This document shows, in pieces, positions 10,695 to 25,361 of a stretch of 64,000 nucleotides of DNA. Under the pieces are notes generated by a model, which was given only the letters and a program-made list of their open reading frames with translations, searched no databases and was not told the DNA's origin. How positions within the stretch are numbered: position 1 is the stretch's first letter; every line of letters begins with the position of its first letter. The position numbers and the translations under genes were made by a program. Source of the stretch: Thalia democratica (lineage: Eukaryota); the NCBI GenBank assembly GCA_965202585.1, contig OZ241826.1, forward strand, positions 70,432,001 to 70,496,000, given 5' to 3'.

Positions 10695-13600
10695 TTACTA
10701 GTTAGTGCCCACCGATAGCAAAACTTGTTTAGTTTGATAATCCCTGATATAGACCTTTATGGATTTTAGCTGTTAGCACTATTAAATCTTAACTTTGGTT
10801 AGAGAAGGTATTGTATATATATTTTTAAATATATTTCTTTGTGATTCAAAGACAGTGATACAACCGTTACAAGAACTAGTCTTAATTTAGTTTCAACTTT
10901 ATTTGCGTAAGTGGTCTTTTTCTTTTACTTTTTTAAACCGAAGCTTTTTCTTGATAAAGTTTTTTTTTTGACCCTACGTAACTGACGGGTAAATTAAACT
11001 ATAATACATACTTTTGTTTTTTAACTTAAATCATTAAACTAAAAAAAATTGTAACTAAATTTGTTAATTTTATTCAAAACATGTTGGAAAAGTAGTTAAA
11101 AATTCTTCTTAGTTATTTTCAACTTCAACAAGTTTAGAAAATAAGTCATAATTTAAAAAAAAAATCAAATTTAGCTGAATATACTTGAATTGAGATAAAA
11201 AATAGTTACCATTCATTTAATAAAACAAACCCTTTTTAACTTGTGTATACCTGTTTTAAAAGTGTATTCAAGTTTTATCAAGCTTCATAAAACTAAAAAA
11301 TTCTTAAAACTGACCTATACATATAATTCAACCTTTATAATATATTAAACTTAAATAGTCTTATAGAAAACATTATATAAGTAATTTAGCACCATAATTT
11401 AATTGAATATTATCTATGTCCAATTAAACTATTACAGATAAGAGTTAACTTTTTTAGGTAGTTTACTTAGTGCTTATGAAATGCTATTACTATATCATCA
11501 CCATCTACTTAAAATACATAGGTAATATACAAAACTTACTTAGATATAAAACTTTCTTACTGCAAACATCAGAAGAAGAAAAAAGAAGCCATCAAAAACA
11601 ACAGCTCTCTTTATTTCTTTTAAGCTTAACATAAAAAAAGTAGTAATAAAGTTGTTTTTTTTTGATCCTTGAAACTAAAATTTTACAATAAAACACCAGG
11701 GATAACTATTAACAGAAGGTGTAAATCACGGGTTGTAGTTGTATATAAAAAATTATTAAGTAAAAAGTTAACCTATTAAAAACAAGTAAAATTTAAGCTT
11801 TTAAGTTTTTTATCTTAAAAGGAAGTATATGTTTAAATTTTTTTTATGTACATTTAGTATACATTCATGTTTAGTGAACAGATTAAAAATATTAATAGCT
11901 ATTTGAATTAATTTTTGCATAATGAAATAATAAACACTTTGTGTTTAAGTTTAAGGTGTAAAGATTTCATTTTAAATTTCATCTACATTTAGATTTGGTA
12001 GTATTTAATACATAAATAAAAATAAAAAATAAAGTTAGTTAAACACCTTTCATCCACTGAAACTAACTAATATCTAAATATATATCTAAATGTGCTATAA
12101 ACTAAATCTAAAGCAAAAATAAAACTATCCCAAGCAAGTTACAGACACTAAGCTTAAGTATAGATGAAGAGTAAATTTATTGTAAAACTAAAATTAAAAA
12201 TTTTAACAGTACTTAAAATAAGTTACTTTGAAAATAAATTTATTTAGAAAAAATTGATAATTGCATTAAAAGAAATATATATTTAAGTTTTTTATTAAAT
12301 CTAAAGTTGATGTGAATTCATAAAGTTTTAATTTTAACTTTTAACTATACAGAAGAATTGCAAGAACTTCATAAAACAAGGATTCTGAATGTTAAATAAA
12401 CGTTTGTTTGTTTTGTTTTAAAATTTTATGCTCGAGTAATTGTATGGCAGTTTTTTATTTAACTCAGGCGGCTATTTATACAGTTTAAAAAGTTAAATTG
12501 ATCTTGAAAAAAAAAAAATCTCAAGTTTAAACTAGACATGAGCTCAAGATTAAATGAGGCTATCATGCTTTTAAACATACTGATTATTTAAGAATATTTA
12601 TTTTAAATAGACTAAACCAAACTGTAACAACATCTAAGCTAATGAGTAGTATCAATAATTTAGTTTCAATTTTTTAGATTAGGAATGATTTGTGTCTGCT
12701 GGTTGCTACATATTCATAATTACTTATCGTATTAAAAGTATACTAAGTTAAGTTATAATTAGTTTTATAGAAAGTTATATTAATGTTTAAGTGACAAAAA
12801 CATATAAACAAAACAAGTTTGAAATAATGTATTACGTTGCGAAGTCTGTTATGATAAATATAAAATTAGAGTATTAAAATAGTGCTTTTATTTAGTTTTA
12901 TATCTAAAAACTAATTAAAGTTTATCAGGCAAAAACTATAGGGTTAAAATAACATCTTCTTAATTTAAATAATTCAAGACTTTTTTATAATATTACATTA
13001 ATATCCAAAGCTCAATTTATCTAACGAGGTTAGATGTTTAATACAAAATGTTTACGTAACAAAGTTGTACTTTCAATTTTAAAATCCAGAAAACTAAAAT
13101 AACTCACAAAAGTGAATTTTATGCTTTATTTATTGTAAAAAATTAATCTGTTTTATTTTTTTTTCTATATATCGTGATACTTTATAATAAAAACTTTAAA
13201 CATTAAAAGTTATTAAATTACTTTATTGAAATAAAAAGTAAACAACGGAAAGTACTCACGAAAAAACAAAAGCATCAGCTATATCTGTATTAAACGCAAA
13301 ATCTGTTTTTTTTATCCTAAATTAATTTTAAATCTTAACCTGTTACTCCTATCCTAGCTTTTTATGTTTCAATTAATTGTATTTTATACAAAACAGTATT
13401 TTATATAAATAAAACCCTAACACAAAACGTTTCTTGTAAAGCTAAACATACAACCATGTTTCTTTTAAATTTTTGTACAGAATGGTTGAAGCAATACTTA
13501 TCAGTGTGGCGAAAAACGCGTAATATTGAACACAAAATATATTCTAAGAGGTAAAAACTAGCTTGAGAATTGGTAAAAACCCTCACTTATATGAATTTAA

Positions 13601-15581
13601 AAAAAAACAGCAAAGAGGCCTGAGGTTTACTTAATTTTTTAAACTTTTTAAGTTATTCAAAGTATACACAGATACAAACTATTTCCCTCACATGCGTTTA
13701 TTACTACCAAGGGAAGAAATTCAATTAGTAAAAATATAAAGAATAACTAGTAATGTCGATGAACGTTTTATATCTTTACCTTAGATTCTTTACATTTCGT
13801 TTTAAAGCAGGTTTACAATGATATAAAATTTTATCAAATTAGTAACTCAATATTGTAATATTAATTACAGAAGTGTTCTACACTACACTTCTCTTAACTT
13901 ACCTCCATGCACTTTAAGTTATTAATATTAGTCAGAACAACTTATTTAGAAACTATACTTCCTTTGCGTAAAACTTTTTTTAAATTCTAACCTGATAATC
14001 TTAGCTTTCTTAGTTGCAACTGATTTTACTGAGTGCTTTCAGATTATTATTTTTGTTTCCAAATATACTTCTAACTAAGGCTCATAATTTTCTCCAACTA
14101 AAAACTATTTAAAACACTAAAACAGATTATACAAAATTTTAAGTTTTGTTAAGTTCTTCAAATAAGTTTTTTGTTAGATAAAGTTATAGAAAAAATAAAA
14201 AATTCATTAAATTTGCCACTCATTGAAGCATAAAAAAGTTTAAAGTTATATTGTAGTGTGAGGTAAGTTTTAAAAGTTTTGTATAACATTGTTAATATGG
14301 TATGAAAACAAAAGAAAAAGTATAAATATAAACAGAAAGATTTCATATCCAAAAGATAAGTGTTAATTCTTTAAGGGGTATAAAACCTAGTATGATATTT
14401 AGAAAACTTAAAACAGCCTGAAGTTTGCACAACAGCTTTAAACAATTTGTTTTTTTATTGTCCTGAAAAATGTTCAAGTGGACATGAGTTGTAGTTTATT
14501 TAGCATTGTCGATGTTTTCATTTGTAAAATTTTATTTTTAATAGTTGTCTAGTATAGCTTAGAACTTAAAAAGTTATTTCTGCACACAAAAAAATTCACG
14601 CAGTTGTCAGTTTTAAATTTCTTAAAGTGTATCAAACTTTCTCTACTTAGTAGAACTCAATAACTATTTATTTGGATTTTTTAATTCAACAGATTAAACC
14701 ATGAAACATGAGTTGTTTTATTGAAAAAACTAATAAACTAGTAAGCAAGTTGACTGTATTAGTTTTACAAATTTACAAAGTAGTAATTTACCAAGTGTTT
14801 TCTAATTAAGAGTTCAAAAGTTTTTGCAACAGTTAGTTGCAAATATGAATAATTCATAGTTATTACTGAAACTTATAGTAATTGGGCTTAAATGAAGTTC
14901 CAAAGAGATTTTTTGACAAAATTTTAAAAAATACCTTTAAGTATTAAACTGATGTTTTCAAGGTGCTATATACTCCTATAAACAATAAGACTACAAACAG
15001 CTTTACTTTATACATATACTCTTTGGTGTTAATGTTAAGAAAGCAATATAACTCATTTTGTTATTAATTCCTATGCAGTGTTATAACATAGCATTTAAGT
15101 TTTTTATCTTTTGTTTATATATAAATGTAAAATATTCTAAAATCTTCTAATTTGTTGTACTAAAGGTTTTTTTATAAAGTAATTATTTTGATATACGCTG
15201 CCACGAAGGCTTTTTGTTATAGATTTGGTCCCTCAACTATAAAAATTATCTACTGCTATACTAAGCTGTCTTATTTATGAAAATAAAATCTTTAAGACCC
15301 TAGTTCTAGTAGTCTCGTTAAATAGCTTTTTTATTACTGTTTTGACTATTACACCTCTATTTTGGATAATAGTAGAAATTGAAAGCTTTAAGTTTTTATT
15401 TATTTAACGGTCAGTGAACATAAAACTTTTTTTTTCAAATTTCTGCGGAAGGGCCTAGCAACGTGCGGTCAGGTCCGAAACGTGTTTTCAGCTGGAAAAA
15501 ATAATAATATGAATACCACTCTTCCAATTCTTCCGAGAAGATTCTTGGTTTTATTTATTTAAAGTATGTGTATGTTTTGAT

Positions 15582-16194
15582 AGGTAGCTGTCAAACTTGC
15601 ACGAGGGGACGAAATTGCACGAAGACACTTTTGCACGAAGACACTTTTGCACGAGCAGACAATTTTGCAGGAAACATTTTTGCATGGAAACTTTTTTGCC
15701 GGGTTGAATATATTTTTATTTTTTTATTAACTTAAATTTTTTTTTTAATATTTAGTTTCTTTTTTTACTATCACTACTACCCCTAACCCATACCCTCGGT
15801 CGGTAACTTTTTTTTATAATGATATTTATATATTTTTTTTAACTATCGCTGTTACCTCTAACCTTTACCTTCGGTAGGTAGCTTTTTTTTTTCTTTTTTT
15901 TTAGTTATATATTTTCTTTTACTATCACTTGTTACCCCTAACCCTTACCCTCGGTCAATAATTTTTTTTTGTTTTTATTATTAATTTATACTTTAGTTGT
16001 TTTTGCTGTTTCTATATATATATTTTTTTTAACTCTCGTGCAAAACTGTAACTCGTGCAAATTTGTCTTCGTGTAATTTTGTCCCCTCGTGTAAAATTGT
16101 ATTCGTGCAAAAGTGTCTCCGTGCAATTTTTTGTCCTCGTGCAATTTAGTAATTTCGTGAAATTTTGTCTTCCTGCTGTTTTGACCCATTCTCT
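15582..16194. mobile_element. MITE with inverted arrays of TTTTGCACGA repeats and central cccctaaccc..accctcggt repeats
   Basis: The left arm has tandem ttgcacga units and the right arm has the reverse-complement tcgtgcaa units. Ends ...gtcaaa / ttttgacc. Three central taaccc-containing repeats. Confidence 0.8.
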
Positions 16195-17058
16195 GGTTTA
16201 ATAGCTACTGATTAAATTGAAATACTTAGCAGTTGTATAATAAATATTTTTTATTTCAATGAAATTTTACAAATAGAATTAGTTTACTTAAAAAATGTAT
16301 AGTAGATAAAAACTTCTAAAATCTATATTGTAAACTTCATTTGAAAATAACGATAAATGCTGTAACTTTCTCGTTTAGTTCCTCGTTTATGAACGTACTT
16401 TCTGTTGTAATTACGCACAATCGAGTCAATAAGTATGTGTTTAAAATGTACCTTCACAATTAAAAAATTGAAAATTAAAATATAACACACATAGTTTAAA
16501 ATGTTACAAAGCATATTTTTTACAATAAGTTTTTCATATACTTTTTTACTGTGCATAACTAAATTCTAAAAAAAGTATGTACAATGTATATTTTTAAAAG
16601 TAAAAGCTTTCAGTTTATACAGTACAGAAAATAGAAGTGTATATAAAAAATATTTAATGAAAGAGAAAAATTAATTAATTGCACATTTTGCTGATAAATA
16701 TTATATATGAATTAAAACTTTATACCCTTTTGAAATTGTTTAACTTTTTTACATAAAACTAATTTGTTTGGTAGCATTTTTCACAAATTAAATTGCACGA
16801 TAAAAGAAGAACTTTGGCAAACATAATTTTCTTTATGGTAGCTGCATGTAAATTTTCTGTTAAAGTAGTTTATGTCCTAAACTTTAAAAAAAAAAGGTTT
16901 ATCATACTTTAAGCGTTGACTATTTTGAAAGAAGTAAAACTTTCAAGCTTAAATCTTCTATGCATAGATTTTTGTTTGTAATAACTTTTTATTATAAAAA
17001 ATTTAAACATTATATTAAAACATTATAAATGATATTTTTAGTAAAATATTATTTAAAG

Positions 17059-17379
17059 CAAGGGGCTGTAAGCTACGGCCTGCGAGCCAGATCTGGCTCA
17101 TTAGGCATAAATTTATAACCCCTGAAGTTTTTATTTAAAAACCTACTAATGCAAACAACCACAGACTGGCTTCAAAGTTCTTTCAAAATTATTTAGACTT
17201 AATAGCACTAATGATCAATTATTTTTAGCATTGCATTTATACGTCTTACAAAAGCTAATATCACGAATTTCAAAACTATTACGCGGGCCACGAAGTATCT
17301 TTTCTTGCTGACTCCTACCCACAGAAGTCTTTTTTTTAATAAATCCCTCTTTTAACTATTAAAAGGCTGCTGAGCCTTT
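17059..17379 (+). mobile_element. hAT-family MITE (copy 1)
   Basis: Starts caaggggctgtaagctacggcctgcgagcc (hAT-type cggcccgcgggcc motif). 8-bp TSD atttaaag / attttaag (7/8). Same family as 25063-25361. Confidence 0.75.
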
Positions 17380-18779
17380 ATTTTAAGATGATAAAATACT
17401 TTGTTTATCTAAAAGGTTATAAAAATCATTAAAATTAATTAAATATCTATAACTAATTGTTATTAATACTTGCGGTGAAGCTATTATTAATAAAAAACAA
17501 ATTACATACATGTTTGTTTTTATATTTCTCTCGTCTTAAAATAGCGTTTTTTTATATTATAATACACGTTTCATTAAGTAAGTAAACTATGTTGTTTGTT
17601 TTTAAAACAGAAGTGTCTTAAAAGATTTTGTCTACACTGTTTAACCAGAGCGTATTTTAGTTCAAAAAGCAACATTTATGATTATAAGAAAATATTCAGT
17701 TAATATTTATGTGTGTTTAAATTACAATAAAAATCTACCTAACAAAACACATTAGATTTCAAGTTTGTTCTTTCAGTTGTAAATAGCTACTAGGGTTCTT
17801 ATGTACCGTTTTTTTACATAAGCTTCAGTACTTTTACTGTTGCTTTAAAAAAAATTGACCTGCTTGGTCAGGAGAAGTTTATAAATACTGAATACTTTTA
17901 AAAAGTTATTTACAATTAGATTACTAACTTAAGTTGAATCTGTCTACATCAACACCAGCTACTCATAAAGTTCTAATAAAACTATTATTAGCTATGTTGT
18001 GCTCATAATGATATTTTTTGGTAAGAACTATGTTTTAACTTATGATTACAGTTTTGCTTTGACTTCAATAATTTTATTTTAATATAATTTTTTAATAAAG
18101 CCTTTTACAGAATCCTTATATAAGTATGACAACAAACTTTAAAGCCTTTTATTTAAAAGAAGGAAATCTGGTGAAAGGTGCTTCATAGAAGGAAGATGAA
18201 AATTTATTTGAAAAAAACTTGAACAATTTAAAAGTCAAGAAAGTCAAAGTTAGTTTGTTACAATTTTGTGCAGTTTATTAAATCCCACAAAAAATACAAA
18301 CATCAGTTTCTATTATCTACAAAATTAAAATTAATCAAACTTAACCCTAAAGCTTATATTTTAAAAGTATTTATTACAAGTATCAATACTACAAACATAT
18401 TTCAATGGTTCAATATGTGTAGGAATTTAGTTTTTTTTAACTCAAGAGCAAATAAATTGTAATCTTATCTTTATTTAAAGAACAGTTTACTAGTAATTAT
18501 AAGGATTTAATATAGCAAAGTCTCCAAATTTTTACTTACTAAGTTTCTTGAGTTTCAAAATACAAATTAATTACTTATTAACCAAACCAAACTAATTTTT
18601 GCTAAATATATTCTTTTAAACCATAAAACCACTAAAGCACATAGTTATAAATTATCACAAAACTGCTTAATTTAAATTTCGACTTTAAATTTTTGTTTAA
18701 CCAATGGTAGTTCTAACTTTTTTTAACTCTTACTTATGATTTTAGTTTATATATATGATCAAGTAAGATTATCAGTCCT

Positions 18780-20480
18780 AGTGAGTGCACAGGTTTCCTT
18801 GTTGACTGTTATTCATGAAAATGACTCAACAAGAATCTAATTACAACATGCTACACATGGTTTTGAAAAAGAATTTCAAGTTTTTAAAACTTGAAAACAA
18901 AATCCAAGTATGATTTAAATAACGAAAAACAACCAAAAACTAATGAATATCCTTATGTTGATAATATAAGTATTGACACCGTTGATAAAGTTGAACCTCC
19001 AGCAATAAACAACTCTTCTATACGTCAAACAGGTAGAAAATCTGTTAAGCTGTCATTATCATTATTTATCGGTTTTTAACCATGAAAACGATTTGCCAAA
19101 TAAAAAATTAGATAAAACTCCTGAAACACAAAACAAGATTGAGCAAAAGTGTGATTCGATTCTAAACAAAAGATATGTTAGAATGAATTTTGCTGCTGAT
19201 CCTTAATTCTTATTTCAAAATATAACATCTTAAGTAAAAATGAGTGCGTATATGGTAATAATAAAAGTTCTTAGACATGGGAAAACTGTTTTTACTAAAG
19301 AAAAGTTGCTAATTCCTAGATATTGTTTTTTTAGATGATGAAAAATTGAATTTAAATTCTAAAAACGAAATCATAACTGCTTAATATCATAACTGATTGG
19401 TTCAAAATTCTTAATCGTGTTCAGATCATTGAAAAAAAAAGATACAAAATAATAGATTGATCAAAAAGATGGGTTAAGTTGATTAGTGTTCTAATGATAA
19501 TTGTATTGAAAAATAGTATATCAAAAAGTATGGAGGTGAAGTTGGTTCACGAAAATTTAACAGTATGACAAAACTGCTGACAAAGCAGTTGGCACTAAAA
19601 CAAGAGAAGAATTAGTAAAAATAAATACGTGTTGCGCTAAGCTTTAAAACTTTGACAAGAAAGTTGCAAAAATTTTGAATAAAAAGTAGACAAACAAGTT
19701 TTACTTCCTGAAACTTTCGCGAAATCAAGCAAAGAAGAAAGCGAAACGATTAAAAAAGATAATGAACCAAGAAGGAATCTTTGAAACCATATGTTGATAC
19801 AAGTGGTGTTAAAAAAGAAATACGAGTTATAAAAACTGCAGAAAAAAAATCTTAGTATGATATTGGTAATCAAAAACAAACAAAATTAGTAAGAAACCCT
19901 ATGTTGAGACTAACAGTGCTGAGAAAATTGGCGCAACTTTAACGTCAAAAAGAGATTCAAAATTTGAACGCGAAACAGCTATAAAAACTATTAAACAGTA
20001 ACAATGTGATAAATTGCTTGTTGATCGTGGAAATAATTAGCCAAATGCAAAATCAGATTGAAATTCTACAACTCAAGTCCGAGTGAGCAAAGATGTGACC
20101 CGATCAAAAAATCTGTTAGAATGAAATTTACAACAGAGCCTCAAATTTATTCAACATACAATCTGGAATGTACAAATGAGTGCTTAGATGATAACTATAC
20201 AAATAATTTTACTGAAGATAAAAATGTTATACCTCCAGAACAGTGCTACCTTCTAAACACCGTTTGCAAAATCAATCAAACCATCAACCCTAAAAAAATT
20301 TATGCTGATCCAGCAAATATGCTTATTACCGAAGTATCGAAGAAAACCAAATCGAGTGCTGAAAATTATCAAATTTTAAGAAATTCAAATGCTTTGAAGC
20401 ATAACGACTACAGTTCTTTTTTTAACTAAATATGAAGATGGTGAGAAAATAATAGGTCATACTCCAGAACCTGGTTCAAA
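18780..20480 (+). pseudogene. Heavily decayed coding-like segment (K/E/S/T/N-rich, possible PHD-like fragment)
   Basis: Runs of plausible plus-strand codons broken by stops and frameshifts, including ORFs 18891-19079 and 20058-20429 and the fragment CSNDNCIEK*Y near 19490. No clear family. Confidence 0.3.
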
Positions 20481-23228
20481 ATAAACCAAGTTGTTAACTA
20501 AATTTTGTGTTGTTTTTTGACAAATTTTTTGTTACGATTTTGCTGACTAATTAATTTTGTTGTTTTTCTATCTGGGTAACAAAAAAACCCACAAAATCAA
20601 AGTTGAGTTGTTTTAAATAAGTATTATTATGATTATCTACGTTTTAAAATATAAAGTTTATTGGGACTAAACATAACTTTCATAGTTAACTTTTATTAGA
20701 AAAACTGTTACAACTTGTAAACAATAAAAAACCGTAATGTTCTTAGATAAGGTAATTTTTACTTCTAATGATTTTATATTAATTGTGGAGTTGGAAAACT
20801 TATGTGTAATTAAATACAATATTATAAGTCCATTACTTAAATAGTCCTTAAATTTATATCATTAAGCGTCGATTTATTTTTTGTGTACTTAAAATGTTTG
20901 TTAATTGAAAGTTTTTCCATTAAAACATTATATAAGTTGTTAAATAAGTTAATTCTGAATTTGTAACACGTGCAAAGTTCAAATTGAATGTTGCACATTA
21001 AACATAGCTATAAAAATATTGAAGTAAGATACAATTTACCATCCTTTCCAGAAATGTAAGAAAGATCGTTTTAAAATTTAAGCTAATTGAATTTTGTGTT
21101 TAATTTACTAAAAATATCTAAACAAAGCACATAACTTGTTTAATAAAAAAATATAATAAACATTTTAATTGATAAGAAAGTTTAAAGTTGTAGATTTTAT
21201 TGAAAGAATAATTCAGTAATAAAGTTTATTAGCATAAAAGTTTGAATGAGTTTGTATTTTTATCATCAGTGTAATTACTAATATGAATGAAATTTTATGA
21301 AGCATAACAACTACAAGAAAATATATAGATACAACTGTTTTAAACCTAAGAGCTTGATTTTTTTTTCTCACTTAAAAAATACCTAAAATTAATTGTTAAT
21401 TCAAAAATATAAAACAGACGTTTGTTTTATTTTAGTTTATACGATGACTTTTGTCCAAATAACTTTTGAAGTAAGATGATATTGTCTTCAAGCTTACTTG
21501 TTTTATATTTTAGTAGAATACTAAATGAAATTTTTTCTTTTCCTTATGTTTTAATGCGTTCTGATATGCTGAGGATACCAAATACCGCTTTGTGATTGAT
21601 TGAAGCTCTCACACAATTATATTTATACAGTAAAAGTCCAACTGACAAGCAATATTTTTTATTTTAATCAATAAGAAAGTTTTAAGTTGTTTACCGATTT
21701 TACTTTAAAGGTAATTTAGCAATAAAGTTTATTAGTATGAAAGTTTAATCATTTTGTGATACATTAGTGATTTATTCATCAGGTTCATTTAAAGTTTGTT
21801 GTCTTAGTGCTAAACTTTCTAGGAATTTGAAAGATGTACTTAAACTGACACTAATCAATTTAAACAAAATTGACATTAAATATTAAAGAAGTTTTATATT
21901 ATTACTATTGCCGTAGTTCTATATTTAAAGTTAATTAAAAAAAAATTACGTAAATGTTAAATTTTTCAAAGTAAGATTGCAATATTTAGTAGTTTAATTT
22001 AGTTAATCATTTAAAAAGTCATTTTTCATAGAAAAAAACTTCTACTTCTTAATTAAAAAAACATTTCAATTTTACAACCAGCAAAAAAATTGCTATGAAC
22101 TAATTTTCTTATCATTATTTTAAAATTTATTACAGTAAAACTTAAAAATTTGAAGTTTAATTTAAGTTTTAGTTTTAATTTTATGAACTCAAATATACAC
22201 AAAACGACAAAATTTATTATACAAATTTTAAATATATAACACATTTGTCTTACTTTTATTCTATCTCAAAAATTTTTATACAATAACTAAATTTTAAACT
22301 AAGTTTTTTTAGTTAAAACAAGTTAATTTCAGTTTTTAATAAAAGAAAAATAATCATAAACTAAAGCGTATTACTTTTGTTAGCTTTTAAAAAGACCTCT
22401 GATTAAAAAAAAAAGTATTAAAACCTTATAAGGCATAAAAATATTATAAAGATTATAATTTAATTAATTTTATAAAATAAAAATATATTTTTAAAAACAG
22501 TAGAAATACATAAAAATATAAAGAATACCATAAACAAATTCCTTTTGCCACCAGTCTGACAAAGTCATCAAAACTAGCTGGTGTGCACTTATCCATATTT
22601 TCGTTTATAGTTCATGGTAAGCACAAACTTATGCAACGATACTAGAGTAGAGTTCTCATTACATAAATCATCTGTTTATTATAAAAGGCTTTGAAAAAAC
22701 AAAATAGTTTTTTAAGATCAAGATGAAAAATGTTTTAAATAATCAACTATAACCAACTCATATTCAGTTTTTCTAATTAAAAAATCTTAACAAATGAATT
22801 ATTACAACATGCCTTAGTTCCAGCATTAAGGTAGCGTTCTATTTTTTGCATGTCTGTGCTCAAATGAGTCCCTACAGTTTTCTGTTCATTGGGAAGAACC
22901 TTGAAATTTCAGACTTTACAGCTGTAGAATTATAGAAGAGTTTAGAAAAGACGTACTTACACTTAAGTTAAAATAATTTAATGGTACAAATTAAGAACAG
23001 CAAATGAAAACTGATAATAAATAGAACAGTTAATTCGCACTTGTATTCTGTTCTAATTTAAATAAGATTTTTACTTAGTAGATTGAGTAATTTTTTATAG
23101 TTAACACAATTAATTATACAAGACAGCTCAAAGGTGTATAGAACAAGGGTCTAAAAACTCATTTTGTACTTTTTAAATTTACGTAGATATAACTCTTTCC
23201 TTCCATGCCATTTATACAGCTAGAAAAT

Positions 23229-23308
23229 CACACTTCAACGGAGCTATTAAAATCAATAAATTAAATATAAGTTAAATTTCTTGATTTTAATAGCTCCGTT
23301 GAAGTGTG
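23229..23308. repeat. Perfect 28-bp palindromic hairpin with 24-nt spacer
   Basis: cacacttcaacggagctattaaaatcaa (23229-23256) is the exact reverse complement of ttgattttaatagctccgttgaagtgtg (23281-23308). Confidence 0.9.
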
Positions 23309-23689
23309 TTAACCCGTTAACACACAGAAACATGTGTTAGTGTAATAAAGAAAAAACACTGCTTAATTTGTTATTATTATATATTCCAATGAACTTGTTT
23401 TGCTCGGATCTTTGTTAACAAACGCTTAAATTTATATTTTCGAGTAGTTAGAATCAAATATTAATATAAGTTTAACTTTCAATTGTTTTAAGTTCTAAAT
23501 CTTTTATGATTTTTTTTTTTATGAAAGTTTTACTGTAATGTTAGAAAATTAAAAAAAAAAAGTATTCATTAAAACTAAAATTTTTTTGCTTTAGAGCTAG
23601 TAAAAAAGTAGTTATATAAATGTAGGAACTAAAACTATATACAGTGATGTACAACTTTTTTAAGTTGAAAATTTACTTATTAGTTTAGT

Positions 23690-24240
23690 TGCTTCGATAA
23701 CCGTAAGGTTCTTCGTGCACCAGGTCCTAAGATATAATATTTTGAATGTTTTTTTTTCGTTCAGTAAACTATTATAACTATAATATACAGGCTCAATTGA
23801 ACAAGGTTAAAGGTAAACCATAAACAGTAGTACACAAGCTTTGCTAATTTCGTAATGTTCTTTGTTGTCCTTGTACAGAAGCTGTCTATTGGTCTCTCTT
23901 GTCCAAGTTGTTCTGATATTAAGATGTAGTGTGTTTGATATTAAATGAATTTGTTGTGCTGTCTATGGGTGTACGACCTATCACACTCTGATAATATTGA
24001 GTTATTCTGACTTATCAACTGTAATATTTTTTTTCGAACTTAGGGTCACTTGTGCACAAAATACACACTTAAAGAGGTTCGCATCGCGTAAAGTATGCAC
24101 CCATACAAAGTACACACCCACGTTAAGTACGCACCCGCGTTAAGCACGCATCCACGTAAAGTCCGTACTTAACGCAGATGCATACAAAACGAAGGTGCGC
24201 ACTTTATGTGGTTCAACAGGCCTTTTTAGTGCCAGCCTTT
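23690..24240. mobile_element. Fragment of a dispersed repeat family (related to 10105-10190) with a ~16-17 bp tandem array at about 24085-24215
   Basis: tcgataa..aggtt.ttcgtg.accaggtccta occurs at both ~10113 and ~23694. The unit taagtacgcacccgcg(t) is repeated about 5 times, followed by an inverted copy. Confidence 0.55.
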
Positions 24241-25062
24241 TTGCGATAGCGCCAAAATACTGCTTCATTAATACTTTTTCTTAGAAGGAATACATTATTC
24301 AAAACTTATATCGACTGGTTGAGTTTTTTTATGCGCGGGTTCATTATTTTGTTTGAAAAGTTTATGAAGATCTATACTTGCTTAAAGAACAAAAAAATTC
24401 ATATTGTATAAAAAATAAATATTATTGATAATTTAGAATGAGTGTTTGGATAGTAGAAAAGTTTTGTTTTTTATCTTATATAAATTTAAGATTATTTAGT
24501 TCTTAAAATACTAATTATAACAACAAAATAGTATCAAACTGTTAATCAGTTTGTAAAAAATATTTATCAATGTTATGCAAAAACACTACATATGAAAATA
24601 TTTTAATTGAGACTTAAATTAGCTATATTTTTTTTAAGAAAAGTCTTATAATATATTTGAATATCTTTATGTAGTCGTAACTAGATATAAAGATAAGTAT
24701 TAGTGACAAAGTTTTGTGTGGTGTAATTATTTTTAATATAGTAATTACTAATAAAAGTAGTATATAAAGGTACTATCCGATACTACTAAAAAAATTAAAA
24801 TTACGTGCTATTTCTTATAACATAGAATGAAAATTAATATGTTAATTAAATTTTCTTTTTTTAAATATAAACTCGAGAAAACTTTTGGTATGTGAATTAT
24901 TTAATTATAGTAAAAATAATTAATTAGTTTTATTAAGTAAATAAAAAGTGACAACCAATTGTTGTTTTATAAATATTCACCCATTAATACTTAGTAGACT
25001 CTTTAAAGAAAGCATATTTGCTTTGTGGTTTTGTTGGATTTATAGTTTTTATTCGTTTTAGA

Positions 25063-25361
25063 CAGGAACCGGCAGCCTTTTTAATCATTTTAGCTAATTT
25101 CGTAAGAAAAAGCTTCTTCCGCGGGCCGCAGTTATTAAAAGTAATTTTAGTTATCAATTCAAAAAATAATACTTTAAAACAAAACTGTGGTATACTAAAC
25201 ACTAGTAAGCACTAGAAAAAAGATACTATAACGTTAGAAGCCTAATTGCAAATTTTTGCAACTAAAATAATACATTTTGTTTAAAAAAAGTATTTTTAAG
25301 CTAAAATTATCATTAAGGGTCCCATATTTTTGCTTAAAGTGCCGTAGCTTGCCGAGTCCTG
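25063..25361 (-). mobile_element. hAT-family MITE (copy 2, inverted relative to 17059-17379)
   Basis: TIRs caggaaccggcagc / (rc) caggactcggcaagc, internal cgcgggccg motif, and the same agctacgg and ggcagccttttt blocks as copy 1. Confidence 0.75.
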
